A stretch of DNA of 64,000 nt, from the IMG/VR virus record IMGVR_UViG_3300010373_000039, positions 33,456 through 97,455 of that record; one strand, 5' to 3'. Position numbers and translations under genes: made by a program. Origin of the DNA: a virus. Below, in pieces: positions 26,748 through 36,005 of this stretch; positions within the stretch are counted from its first letter, which is position 1, and each line of letters begins with the position of its first letter. Under the pieces are notes generated by a model, which was given only the letters and a program-made list of their open reading frames with translations, had not been told where the DNA came from and did not search any database.

Positions 26748-29397
26748 AGTGCGCCGCCATATTTTCGTGGTAATCCAATTTGACCCGATCCGAACGGAAC
26801 GTGCCTAATTTACTTTGTTCGTACCAATTGGGACCGTAGGACGCCTCGACCGCCAACGGCACGTTGATGAAATCGAATTCCGGATTGGCCATGGTGTTGG
26901 TGATAACCTCCACACCCTCGTCCAATTTGTTTTTGGGGATGAAGAAGGACAGGTCGTCGTGGATGTTCAACACCGGGGCCAACCACGGACGGTCCGTTTC
27001 GTAGGACATGTGGCATAGTTTCCGCCACGCCCACACCACCAATTCCGACGCCGTGCATTGGATTTTGGAATTGATGACCTGGTTTTTGGACATGGGACCG
27101 TAACGGCGCAACCCGTTCAACGATTCGCTGTAACCTAACCGGTTGTACTCCTTCATCTCCCATTTTTGGAATTTCAGCACCCCGGCGAACGTGTCCCAAA
27201 ATTCATCCCAAATGACCCGCAATACCTTGACCGGCATGTTATCCAGCGCCCGCGCTGCCAATCCGATCGATGCCCCGTAGAACCACGGAAATATAACATC
27301 GGTTTTCAATTCGCCACGGAACGATTTCATCGCCTTGTAGTCTAACGATCCGTGACGGCTGCGAACCACGGTGGGGTACACCCGCGCTATTTTCTCGGCC
27401 CAAACCATGTGAACGTCGTAATCATTGAACAACGAATCACATACTACCTTATCCTTCGACGCCATGCCGATCACGCGGTATTCCAATTGGCCCATGTCGA
27501 AACACGCCATGTAATGGCCGGACGGTGCCACGACCTGTTTGCGAATCCATTTCGATTTCCGCGACGGCCAATTTTGGTTGTTCGGATCGCTACTGCTAAG
27601 GCGTTTCGTGTCGGTGCGGGTATGGTTGAACCGGCAATGAATACGGCCGTCCGAGAACACCAACGGTTCGTCGGCGTCCATGGACATGCGTTCCACGTAT
27701 GTTCCGAACAATTTTTTGTGTCCACGAAGCTCTAGCAGCATTTTAGCCAATGGAACCCGGTTGGCTATCGTAGTTAGTATTTCTTCTTTCGTGGAAAAAC
27801 TTTTGGGGCCGGTTTTTACCTCCTTTAGTCCCAACATCTCCCAAAAAATCTTGATGTTGTTCGGGTGGCTGTCCTTGTATTTTCCGTACCGCGATTCAAA
27901 TTCGCGGATCACCGGCAAATTAGAGATGTCCGATTCCAGCCGTTTGATTTCCGCCGATTCCCGTTTGGCGATTGCCGAATTCTCGTCGGCGTCAACCGGA
28001 ATGCCGGTGGTTTGCGCCAGCGCAATGGCCACCACCCGTTCCACAAATTCACGGTAGGGTTTAATCATCCCCCGTCGTTCAAGAATGGCGATTTGCTTGA
28101 AATGGATTCGAAGGGTTTGTTTGGCGTCCAACGAGTTGTAATCCAACACATCGTCTACGTTGGTTTCCTCTAAACGTGCCCGGTCGATTTCCCCGATTTC
28201 CTCACGACCCAAACCCATCCATCCCTTAATCGTGCGGCCCTTGGACATCGATTTTAGTTTCAAACCAAAATGCAGGATGTTCAAGAAGTTTAACGACATC
28301 CCTCCCTCACGCTCATCGATCAAATAGGCCTCGGCCTGGGTGTCGAACCATTTGCCGGCAAACGCCAACCCCCGGCCATAGGAATAAATCAACCATTCCA
28401 ATTCAAACGGGGCGTTGTGCGCAACCTTGTCGATGTCCGCATAGAGATATTCAATGAATGCATCCTCGATCCGTTTTAGGTCGGATGGGGACCACACGTG
28501 CCCGGGATGTCGCAATGGAAACGCGATGGTTTCCTTGGGGGAACCGATCGCAACCGATAGAATTTTGGCCCCGGCGCTGTAGGGGCGGGACCGGTTGGTT
28601 TCTAGATCGATCGCTGTGGGGTAGCGGTTGCGCCTGATGCGTCGAAGGGCGTCAATGATATCATCGGCCCGCTTTAGGACCCTTACGCCCGCAAATAGCC
28701 GTTTATCGTCGGTCTCGACCGGTGGCTCCGGCAATTTGTCGTACTCACGGAACGCCCGTTTGATATCCCGGCCGAAGAACCGTTCATGCTCGGTGCCGGG
28801 GATTTGGGCGTATTCGTCGGTGTTTAGTTGTCGGAGGATAAATGCGGGGTGGACGGTGGGATAAACCCAGCACCGGTGGCCGGCGATGTCGGTGGGGAAT
28901 CGTCTACCACGACAGCATGTGATCGTTCCTGCCTCTTTGCCTAGACACCATTGCGTGGCCACGTCCCCCACCGCGATAACGATCCGGGGCGTGGCGGCAA
29001 CAATATCCTGTTCCACCGATGGTCGGTAGCATTCAATTTCGTGGTGGTTGGGCCGGTTCGATCCCTTGCGCTTTTTGGGTTGGGTTCCGCAAACGTTGTT
29101 GAACCGGATTTTGAAATCGTCGGGCAGGAACCGCCTAAGCAATTTACCGGATGGACCGACGAACGGTTTGCCGATTTGATCCTCTTGTTTTCCCGGCGCT
29201 TCCCCAAGGACATAAACCTCGCATGGCGTCGGCCCGCTAGGTTTCATGTGCCGGGTGCGGGCGGCGGGATTCATACGTTCCACCCCCTTTAGTCCGATTG
29301 CGTGTAGTCGGCTATCATCGACAATTGACGTGCGGGACGACCGCTGCGCGCGGTGTTCTACCTCAACCCGTGTAAAAAATCCGGTGGTGATCGGCAT
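26734..29397 (-). CDS. polA: Family A DNA polymerase with N-terminal uracil-DNA glycosylase (family 4-like) domain
   Basis: GEAPG..ED..GKPFVGPSG and HPA (UDG); DLET and HN..FE (exonuclease); RLSSSDPN.QN, DMGQLEYR, R..K..F..YG, IQ, HDD (polymerase). Confidence 0.93.
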   Translation of the reverse strand: MPITTGFFTRVEVEHRAQRSSRTSIVDDSRLHAIGLKGVERMNPAARTRHMKPSGPTPCEVYVLGEAPGKQEDQIGKPFVGPSGKLLRRFLPDDFKIRFNNVCGTQPKKRKGSNRPNHHEIECYRPSVEQDIVAATPRIVIAVGDVATQWCLGKEAGTITCCRGRRFPTDIAGHRCWVYPTVHPAFILRQLNTDEYAQIPGTEHERFFGRDIKRAFREYDKLPEPPVETDDKRLFAGVRVLKRADDIIDALRRIRRNRYPTAIDLETNRSRPYSAGAKILSVAIGSPKETIAFPLRHPGHVWSPSDLKRIEDAFIEYLYADIDKVAHNAPFELEWLIYSYGRGLAFAGKWFDTQAEAYLIDEREGGMSLNFLNILHFGLKLKSMSKGRTIKGWMGLGREEIGEIDRARLEETNVDDVLDYNSLDAKQTLRIHFKQIAILERRGMIKPYREFVERVVAIALAQTTGIPVDADENSAIAKRESAEIKRLESDISNLPVIREFESRYGKYKDSHPNNIKIFWEMLGLKEVKTGPKSFSTKEEILTTIANRVPLAKMLLELRGHKKLFGTYVERMSMDADEPLVFSDGRIHCRFNHTRTDTKRLSSSDPNNQNWPSRKSKWIRKQVVAPSGHYMACFDMGQLEYRVIGMASKDKVVCDSLFNDYDVHMVWAEKIARVYPTVVRSRHGSLDYKAMKSFRGELKTDVIFPWFYGASIGLAARALDNMPVKVLRVIWDEFWDTFAGVLKFQKWEMKEYNRLGYSESLNGLRRYGPMSKNQVINSKIQCTASELVVWAWRKLCHMSYETDRPWLAPVLNIHDDLSFFIPKNKLDEGVEVITNTMANPEFDFINVPLAVEASYGPNWYEQSKLGTFRSDRVKLDYHENMAAHYAYN

Positions 29398-29401
29398 GGG
29401 A

Positions 29402-30064
29402 TTAAATACGTCGCAACAACTCTAAAAGATCTTCTGCAACCTTACGAAGATGTTCGGGGGCGTGTTGGACGTAGGCCATGGCGGCAGCGCGACACGCGGC
29501 GATGTGTTTTGGATCGTCTCCGTCGTGATCCAAACGCAAAACGAAATAGACGGCGTTCGGATCGACCGGCGTTCCATCGGCCTTGGTTACCTTGTAACGT
29601 TGGTGCAACCCCTCCGGGTTTTCCTTGGCGGTGGGGATAGGCGAGGAAGTAGCGGATTCAATATCGTATGTCCGTGCAAAAATATCCGGTTTGCACGGAT
29701 AGAATTCACCTTTGACACCTTTGATGATCCAATCGCCATGCAGCGCGGTGTGGTTGCCTTCGAGCGTGGGGATCGTTAGTGCTATGTAATTTGGCCCTTG
29801 CTCCCCGCAGGTGTCTGAGGCCTCATCGGCGGGGATGTTTCTCGCGGGATTGTCCTCGCTAATGATCCCGCCAAGGAATTCGCACATTTCATTCCATGTG
29901 GACCATCGCAATTGGATTGCTTCGATAACGACCGGCTTCTTACGAAACCGCCGATTTGGCAGTGGTGGTTTAGGACAATCGCCGTTGTAGCCGTGGTACT
30001 TAAACATCTCCTCGCCGGGCGGCATCGGCTCACCACATATTTGGCATTTTGGTTGTTCGGGCAT
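29402..30064 (-). CDS. Three-module fusion of common phage hypothetical domains
   Basis: CQICGEPMP..FKYHG + RKKPVVIEAIQ..TLEG..GDWIIKGVKGEFYPCKPDIF + GL..RY..YFVLRLD. Confidence 0.75.
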   Translation of the reverse strand: MPEQPKCQICGEPMPPGEEMFKYHGYNGDCPKPPLPNRRFRKKPVVIEAIQLRWSTWNEMCEFLGGIISEDNPARNIPADEASDTCGEQGPNYIALTIPTLEGNHTALHGDWIIKGVKGEFYPCKPDIFARTYDIESATSSPIPTAKENPEGLHQRYKVTKADGTPVDPNAVYFVLRLDHDGDDPKHIAACRAAAMAYVQHAPEHLRKVAEDLLELLRRI

Positions 30065-31132
30065 TTATTTCTCCTTTTTCTTGGTTTTAACCAACGTCCC
30101 GACCAAATAGGTGAACCCGTCACCGGAAAATTTAAGGCAGGCTTTATGAACCGACATGGATTGCGCCACGCCTGATACACGCAAAACCTGTTTGGGGTCC
30201 ACACCCACCGAAATGTCCGGTTGTTCTATGTCCATGGATTCCCGCACGTCGGCGATTTCGGACAACGCCGTAACCTTCAATTTGTTGTCGGCGATATCCA
30301 AGTGAACCATTTTCTTTTCGTCCACCATGAAATCGAAAACCAAATTCGCCTTGACCATCGACCTCTCGAAATTCTTGGGAATCAACACCTCGCCGTCCCG
30401 TTTCATGTATTGGGCCAGCATGGTGCGATAGTCGGACGGTTCGGCCTTGGCGAACGTGCGGGCGAACAAACGCAATCCGGACGCGAATTTAGCCTCCACC
30501 CATTTGTCGTTGAACGTGATGGTTTTGGCGGCGTCCGATTTGGAAATGCTAATCAGATGTTCGACGAATTTGGGCGGGATGACGTAACCCTTGGGATCGG
30601 TATCGGTTTTGCCGGCACGGGCGTAGGCTACCAATCGGTTATCGGATGCGAAACATTCGTAACCGTTGTCGTGGACCAGCACCGTGACGCCGAACATCCA
30701 CCCCGCCTTCTCCTCCATCCCCATGGCCACCGACGCGCGGGACAACCCTGCCAAAAACTTGGGCGTCAAATCCCGGGTGGTGCCCTTTTTGGTTTCCGGC
30801 TCCTCCCACGTGAATTCCTTGGGACCGATCTTGGAAATTTCCATCTTGGCCCGCCCCGATTTGACCAAAACGGTTTTTCCGGTGTCGGTGAATTCCACCG
30901 ATTTGTGGGAACAATGGGTAAGGAAATCCAACAACACCCGCCCCAGGATTCCCCCCTTGATCGACGGGAAATTGTCGTCGTGTGGCAGGATCAGCGCGGT
31001 GCGGTCATCCCACGCATAGACCAGTTTCCCATCAAAACAGAAACATGACAACGCCGGGATTGCATCCTCGACGGACAGCGCCGGCGCGATTTGACCCAAC
31101 GCGGCCACCAATTGTTTTCGATCGATCATCAC
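30065..31132 (-). CDS. dnaN: DNA polymerase III beta-like sliding clamp
   Basis: 355 aa; IDRKQL..AL, IPALS.F, ASD..R, three-domain periodicity; next to the polymerase and clamp loader. Confidence 0.8.
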   Translation of the reverse strand: MMIDRKQLVAALGQIAPALSVEDAIPALSCFCFDGKLVYAWDDRTALILPHDDNFPSIKGGILGRVLLDFLTHCSHKSVEFTDTGKTVLVKSGRAKMEISKIGPKEFTWEEPETKKGTTRDLTPKFLAGLSRASVAMGMEEKAGWMFGVTVLVHDNGYECFASDNRLVAYARAGKTDTDPKGYVIPPKFVEHLISISKSDAAKTITFNDKWVEAKFASGLRLFARTFAKAEPSDYRTMLAQYMKRDGEVLIPKNFERSMVKANLVFDFMVDEKKMVHLDIADNKLKVTALSEIADVRESMDIEQPDISVGVDPKQVLRVSGVAQSMSVHKACLKFSGDGFTYLVGTLVKTKKKEK

Positions 31133-31398
31133 ATTGCCCTGTAAATTATGGATTCCACGGTTCCATTATGTTCCGTCACCGTAATATATACCATTATTCC
31201 ACCCCGGTTTTGCCGGTAGGTGCGGATCAAATAGTTGTTGGGGGTGGCCGTTACGTCGCACAAAACCGGCGTCGGGAATGTATTATCCAGCGCCCTTTGC
31301 GCTTCCGTATCGTCCATCCCCGATTGGATCATGGGCAGGGACGTGGCGTTGCATCCGACAATCCCCAGCATCAACACGGCGGCAATCAACAATCGCAT
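31129..31398 (-). CDS. Small lipoprotein
   Basis: Signal peptide MRLLIAAVLMLGIVG-C with lipobox. Confidence 0.7.
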   Translation of the reverse strand: MRLLIAAVLMLGIVGCNATSLPMIQSGMDDTEAQRALDNTFPTPVLCDVTATPNNYLIRTYRQNRGGIMVYITVTEHNGTVESIIYRAM

Positions 31399-31495
31399 GG
31401 CAAGCTCCGGTTAAATGAATCGGGGGCCAAAACGGCCCCACGTTTTATCGTCCATCCAGTGTTGCCGGTTGCGACGGTTTTTGTCGATTATAAAA

Positions 31496-31699
31496 TTACC
31501 GCCTATTGGACGGAGCCCGGATACCCTGGATATCGCGCGCTTCAATCACACCGGCCCGGATCGTTTTGCAATGATTCATGATTTGTTTGCATTGCTTGCG
31601 TACGCGCGTGCCGGATACGTAGTTGCCCCGAAACACCTTTTCAATGTCCAACCGCATCTCGGCCATCAATTTGTCAATCTTATCCATCGTGTCCCGCAT
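31496..31699 (-). CDS. Histone H1-like Hc1 family protein (core only)
   Basis: DIEK..RGN..SGTRVRK..Q.I...C..IR pattern of Hc1-like proteins; RBS GGAGGT. Confidence 0.7.
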   Translation of the reverse strand: MRDTMDKIDKLMAEMRLDIEKVFRGNYVSGTRVRKQCKQIMNHCKTIRAGVIEARDIQGIRAPSNRR

Positions 31700-31744
31700 G
31701 ACCACTACCTCCGTTACAAACCCCCTTTTTTATGCTCCGTTATG

Positions 31745-32029
31745 TTATTCGGCCGGTGCCGGTCGGGTGGTGCTTCGACCCGCCTCGAGGATCGGCAATC
31801 CGGCCTCGGTTGGGATGTAAATCACCTGGTTTTTGGTTTCGGCCATTTCGTGAATCCAAAGGTAACGAAGATAGGCCTCGTTACCCTTTAGACTGTCGCC
31901 GATGATTCCATTGGCACGGGCCACACCCGTGGCCCGGATGATTTCCGCTTGGGCCAATGATTGCGCCGCCTGGGCCAATTCCGCCTCGCCGGCCTTGGAG
32001 GATGACCACACGTTGTACGCGGGATAAGA
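31745..32029 (-). pseudogene. Truncated SPFH/membrane-protease-subunit-like gene
   Basis: YPAYNVW..GEAELA..AEIIRA.GVA.AN.IIGDSLKGNEAYLRYLWI..YIPTEAGLPILEA is retained, but there is an in-frame TGA at 32054-32056 with no start or TM helix upstream. Confidence 0.55.
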
Positions 32030-32115
32030 ATGGTGGCCCGGTAGGCAGGTGGTTCACTCGTCGAAGATGCCTACACTTCTTCTGTCGTCACCTCGGGGCC
32101 ACCAAACGCTCGATA

Positions 32116-32232
32116 AAATCCGGTGGAATGTGTGCAGCGCATTACAACACGAAACAGGGTCTAGAGATGCTCCGGTGGGTCCGCGTGGTCGATATTTCAC
32201 AACCGCTTGCCCACTCTCCATCCACCGGATTT
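32116..32232 (-). ncRNA. Candidate structured RNA (12-bp closing stem plus two hairpins)
   Basis: AAATCCGGTGGA/TCCACCGGATTT closing stem; nested GTGGG/CCCAC and GGTTG/CGACC; G-U wobbles work only on the minus strand. Confidence 0.5.
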
Positions 32233-32237
32233 CCGAA

Positions 32238-32849
32238 TCACTCCTTCGATTCGGCAACCGGCAGGTGTTCCACCACCTCGTCCATTTGCGGTGTTTTTTC
32301 GACCGCCGGCGCATCCGTGGATTGCGGAAAATGTTTTGCCATCGCGATGGGTGCGTTCCCCATCGCCGCGTCCACGATGTCCTGGAGTTTGTTTTGCTTG
32401 ATGAACGCCTTGACCCCATCGTTGTCGATCCCCGCCATCGGCGCGGAAATGATGATCCGGTTCAATGGCGGTGCCGAACCGAAATAGGCATGGTTGGCGG
32501 CGTGGGAAAGATATTGCACGGACATTTGACCGTTGGAAAAAATGTCCGGTGACACGACACCATGGGCGCTTTTTTCAACCGCATGATCGAACCCGACCAT
32601 GGCCCGGATCATTTCCGGAAGGACGGTGCCGGCGGCGTCGGTGTGATAGACGGCGCTGGACGAAACCACATGCATTTTGCCGGTGACCGCATCCATGAAT
32701 TGTTTGGCCTCGACATCTTCTTCGGGAGGCGTGGGTGTTGGTGTAAAGAAAAACAGCGCGTGCAGAATCTCAAAATTCTGCTTGGCGAAATGCATTGCGG
32801 CGATACCCCGTTCGTCCGGGGTCACGATTACAACGGCGGTGCGGGCCAT
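32238..32849 (-). CDS. Hypothetical protein
   Basis: RBS AAGGAG, 203 aa. Confidence 0.65.
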   Translation of the reverse strand: MARTAVVIVTPDERGIAAMHFAKQNFEILHALFFFTPTPTPPEEDVEAKQFMDAVTGKMHVVSSSAVYHTDAAGTVLPEMIRAMVGFDHAVEKSAHGVVSPDIFSNGQMSVQYLSHAANHAYFGSAPPLNRIIISAPMAGIDNDGVKAFIKQNKLQDIVDAAMGNAPIAMAKHFPQSTDAPAVEKTPQMDEVVEHLPVAESKE

Positions 32850-32871
32850 ATGATAGCTCCTTTGGTTAGGG

Positions 32872-32908
32872 TGAATAAACCGGACGGGAAATATATTTCA
32901 TCCCGTCC
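32872..32908 (-). terminator. Intrinsic terminator after the acidic protein gene
   Basis: GGACGGGA/TCCCGTCC stem followed by GGTTTATT on the minus strand. Confidence 0.55.
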
Positions 32909-32930
32909 AATTTGCGCGGGGCCATCGCGA

Positions 32931-33803
32931 TTACTTCAACTTGCCCAGGTCGTCAAGCTGCTTGATCGTGGCGCTGGTGTCGTGCCAAACACCCTTGATA
33001 TGCTGTTCGCTGAGCTTGGGGTGTTTCTTGCCGATGGTGGCAATGGTTTTTTCGATCGAAATTTTGGGGTTCTTGCAAACCAGTGCCCGGATCGCCTTGC
33101 GGCCGGCCACCAATTCCTCGCCGGTCGGTCCCGCCGCGTCCTTGGATTTGCCGCCCTTACCCTTGGACGACGAGGTTTTGTCGCCCTTTCCTCCTTTCTT
33201 GGATTTGGGTTTTTCGTCCTCCTCGTCGTCATCGTCCGCGTCGTCATCATCGGACTCCTCGTCGTCGTCCGAATCATCGTCGGATTCGTCATCATCGGAC
33301 TCCTCGTCCGAATCTTCGTCGTCATCCGCGCTGTCGTCGTCGGAATCGTCATCGTCCGATTCCTCGTCGTCATCGTCCGAATCGGAATCTTCATCATCGT
33401 CCGCCTCTTCGTCGTCGCCGTCGTCATCAGACTCTTCGTCATCATCGGATTCTTCGTCGTCCTCCCCCTCGTCGTCCGAATCGTCATCGTCGGACGTGTC
33501 GGAATCATCCGAATCATCGTCCTCGTCATCCTCCTCCGGCTCGTCCGCGCCGCCGTCGAAATCGTTCAACGGCTTCTTCTTTTTGGAATCTTCGTTGTCG
33601 TTGGCGATTTCGACGTTATCGCCCACCCAATCCTGCGCCTCCTGGGACAGCTTGGCGAACGCCTTTTCCTTCATGGTGTTCGCCGACTCCATCAACCGGT
33701 CCAAGTAGTCCTGCCGGTCCTCCTTCTTGCCCTGCGGCTTTTCCTTGGTCGCCGCCAACAATTCCGCTTCGATCTTGCTCGTCTTCGCCGTCTTTGTTCC
33801 CAT
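32931..33803 (-). CDS. Highly acidic protein with >100-residue Asp/Glu/Ser tract and basic helical C-terminal domain
   Basis: Translation; RBS AAGGAG; highly expressed codon style; has its own promoter motif and terminator. Confidence 0.85.
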   Translation of the reverse strand: MGTKTAKTSKIEAELLAATKEKPQGKKEDRQDYLDRLMESANTMKEKAFAKLSQEAQDWVGDNVEIANDNEDSKKKKPLNDFDGGADEPEEDDEDDDSDDSDTSDDDDSDDEGEDDEESDDDEESDDDGDDEEADDDEDSDSDDDDEESDDDDSDDDSADDDEDSDEESDDDESDDDSDDDEESDDDDADDDDEEDEKPKSKKGGKGDKTSSSKGKGGKSKDAAGPTGEELVAGRKAIRALVCKNPKISIEKTIATIGKKHPKLSEQHIKGVWHDTSATIKQLDDLGKLK

Positions 33804-33865
33804 AGTGGGACTCCTTTAGAATGAAAAATGGTCCGAACAATTCAACCCTATTTATATCCGATTTG

Positions 33866-34429
33866 CTATGCCAAAACCGCCTCGGGGGCGATTTTTAGGA
33901 AACTTAGCATTTCGGACACGACATCCCGATCCGCCTGCACCCGCCCGACGCGCCGCATGAAATCATTGACGGTTTCACGGGGTTTGCGTTTGGGCGGCCG
34001 TGACGATTTGGTTAGGAAGTAGACAATATTTTGAAGGTGTGGTGGGGCGGATGACATGTCCAAATTAACCTCACCGAATCCGTAGAACCGTCCCTGCCGC
34101 CGTTCCATCCAATTTTCCCGCCGGCGCACGTCGGTTGCGTTGCGGGCGATGTGTTTGACGGATCGTTTCAACGCAATCTTATGAACGGCGTTCGTAAACG
34201 ATGTTCGGAATAATCCGGCGAAATGCTCCGGGGATATGGGTTTTTCATCATCCCAATATTTCCGGAAGCATTTTACAAACACGTATCGTGCCTCTCCCAT
34301 TAGATCGTCCACGTCCATATAGGGTCGCGTGCGCCACACATTTCTATTGCAGAAGTTGAGTGCCCAACCCGCCAATGGTCCGTCGAATTGGGGACGTAGG
34401 CGCGGACGATGCCTCAGCACTTTTCCCAT
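33866..34429 (-). CDS. Putative phage sigma-factor-like protein (region 2-like)
   Basis: DVDDLMGEA..VF.KC.RKYW..F..LF..SF.N pattern resembles sigma70 region 2; no clear region 4. Confidence 0.5.
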   Translation of the reverse strand: MGKVLRHRPRLRPQFDGPLAGWALNFCNRNVWRTRPYMDVDDLMGEARYVFVKCFRKYWDDEKPISPEHFAGLFRTSFTNAVHKIALKRSVKHIARNATDVRRRENWMERRQGRFYGFGEVNLDMSSAPPHLQNIVYFLTKSSRPPKRKPRETVNDFMRRVGRVQADRDVVSEMLSFLKIAPEAVLA

Positions 34430-34536
34430 GGTTTGTCCTTTCCGTGTTTGGGAATAGCCCATTGCCCCGGATATGATGTACGTCCATTACTATGTTCCCG
34501 GCCGGAGCAACCGGGGTTTTACTAAATACTAGCCAA

Positions 34537-35529
34537 TCATTTTAAGTTTGCAATTGCGTTCCGAATAATTGACATGATGACCGGCCGCACCTCGCGGGGG
34601 TACAAATCCCCGGCATCATCCCGGTATTCGGGTGTACGTCCGATGATGGGCCGAATGTTCGACAATCGTAGGGATAGGTCGTAAACCGGCCCCTCGGCCC
34701 CTATATCAAATAGAAGCACCGTGTAGTCGTATTTGGACGCCAACCGTTGGATTAACGAAACCTGGTAGTCAATGAATTGGGTTCCCAACGTGCCCACCCC
34801 CCGGATGCCCCAGCGCCGGCCATAAAAATCAATTTTGTAGGCATCCCACGGCCCCTCGATCACGGTCAATACCCGTTTGTTGGGTGCGGCTAGGGCCGGG
34901 CCGTGGTTGAATAGTGCCCGTTTGGTGGTTTCGTCATGCGGCCACGTATCGTACCGCAATTTGGCGGTCCCGATCGCGCGGCCCTGCCAACCGATGACAC
35001 GTTGTTTGTGGTCGATCAACGGACAAATGACCCGACGTTTCCATTTACCCTCTAAACAAAACCGCAATTGGTAGTCCCGGCAAAACCGATCCACGTCCTC
35101 CGGATTGAATTTCCGGTTGATGATGTATTGCCGGAAGAAGCTTGGAACATTGTCGATGGTGCGGAATTCATCCGGGAATTCCAAGGATTCGGGATGGGTG
35201 GTTTGTAAATCGTCGGTCGCCAACTCCTGTTCCAACGAATCCCATGATTCCCCGGTGGGCACGGCGTCGGTGTCGCCGGCAATGCGTTTGGCCTCGTCCC
35301 ACGAACATCCCTTAAAATATTGGATGATTTTAACCGGCGAACCGCCCTTGTGCTCCGGGTTGCGCCAACACGCCCAACCGCCGGATTCGGGACTAAGGCC
35401 AAGATGTTCGGAGGGATCATCCCCGCAAAACGGACACGCAATGGACACCCAACCTTTTTTCGTGTTGGGTCCGGACGTAACGTAGGGTACGCCCACCTCA
35501 TTTAGAAATTGCTCGTAGTCGAATTTCAT
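34537..35529 (-). CDS. DNA primase (zinc finger + TOPRIM)
   Basis: CPFC..HLG..CWR zinc finger, GWQGRAI, IEGPWDA, LFD, DAGD. Confidence 0.85.
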   Translation of the reverse strand: MKFDYEQFLNEVGVPYVTSGPNTKKGWVSIACPFCGDDPSEHLGLSPESGGWACWRNPEHKGGSPVKIIQYFKGCSWDEAKRIAGDTDAVPTGESWDSLEQELATDDLQTTHPESLEFPDEFRTIDNVPSFFRQYIINRKFNPEDVDRFCRDYQLRFCLEGKWKRRVICPLIDHKQRVIGWQGRAIGTAKLRYDTWPHDETTKRALFNHGPALAAPNKRVLTVIEGPWDAYKIDFYGRRWGIRGVGTLGTQFIDYQVSLIQRLASKYDYTVLLFDIGAEGPVYDLSLRLSNIRPIIGRTPEYRDDAGDLYPREVRPVIMSIIRNAIANLK

Positions 35530-36005
35530 TTCCCGGTGTTACTTTGACGTTTTTGGGCCTGCATCATCAACACCCAAACCGCGCGATCCGAGTAATTGGA
35601 TAAATCCAAACCCAAGCCCTTACATATTTGGCGGTATTGATTGACCGTTTCACGGCGGCGTTTTACTACCTCGTCCACGGTGACCGGACGGCCGTAAAGA
35701 TTAGCCAACTCCATCGCAGCGCATTCATCGCGGGGAAACGCTAACTCGTCGATCGGTTTGCATTCGGGCGGATTACTCTCTAGTTTGGTGTCATGCTCGC
35801 GGACGTATATAGTGTAATTACGTTCCGGGCCGGGGAAACACGCGGCGGTTTTGACACACGTGTATTGCATCCGAATGCATTTACAATGACGGCACGTAAA
35901 GAAATCGCCGGTGAGTACCGCCCAATACAGATCACGGTTGCCCTCGAAACGTCGCACGACGGCACGTCGTTTTTCCTTGACCAATTTTTCCCAATCGTGG
36001 TTCAT
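35526..36005 (-). CDS. Hypothetical protein (CRHC motif)
   Basis: ATGA-coupled on both sides. Confidence 0.55.
   Translation of the reverse strand: MNHDWEKLVKEKRRAVVRRFEGNRDLYWAVLTGDFFTCRHCKCIRMQYTCVKTAACFPGPERNYTIYVREHDTKLESNPPECKPIDELAFPRDECAAMELANLYGRPVTVDEVVKRRRETVNQYRQICKGLGLDLSNYSDRAVWVLMMQAQKRQSNTGK

Noticed and set aside
33200-33540. CRISPR-like or tandem DNA repeat
   Set aside because: The repetition is codon-level (Asp/Glu/Ser); there is no constant repeat with unique spacers.
32562-33824. Long + strand ORFs (420, 255, 240 aa) and the similar 21503-22165 ORF
   Set aside because: They are antisense shadows of GAC/GAT/GAG-rich acidic genes and translate to poly-Ser/Val/Ile artefacts.
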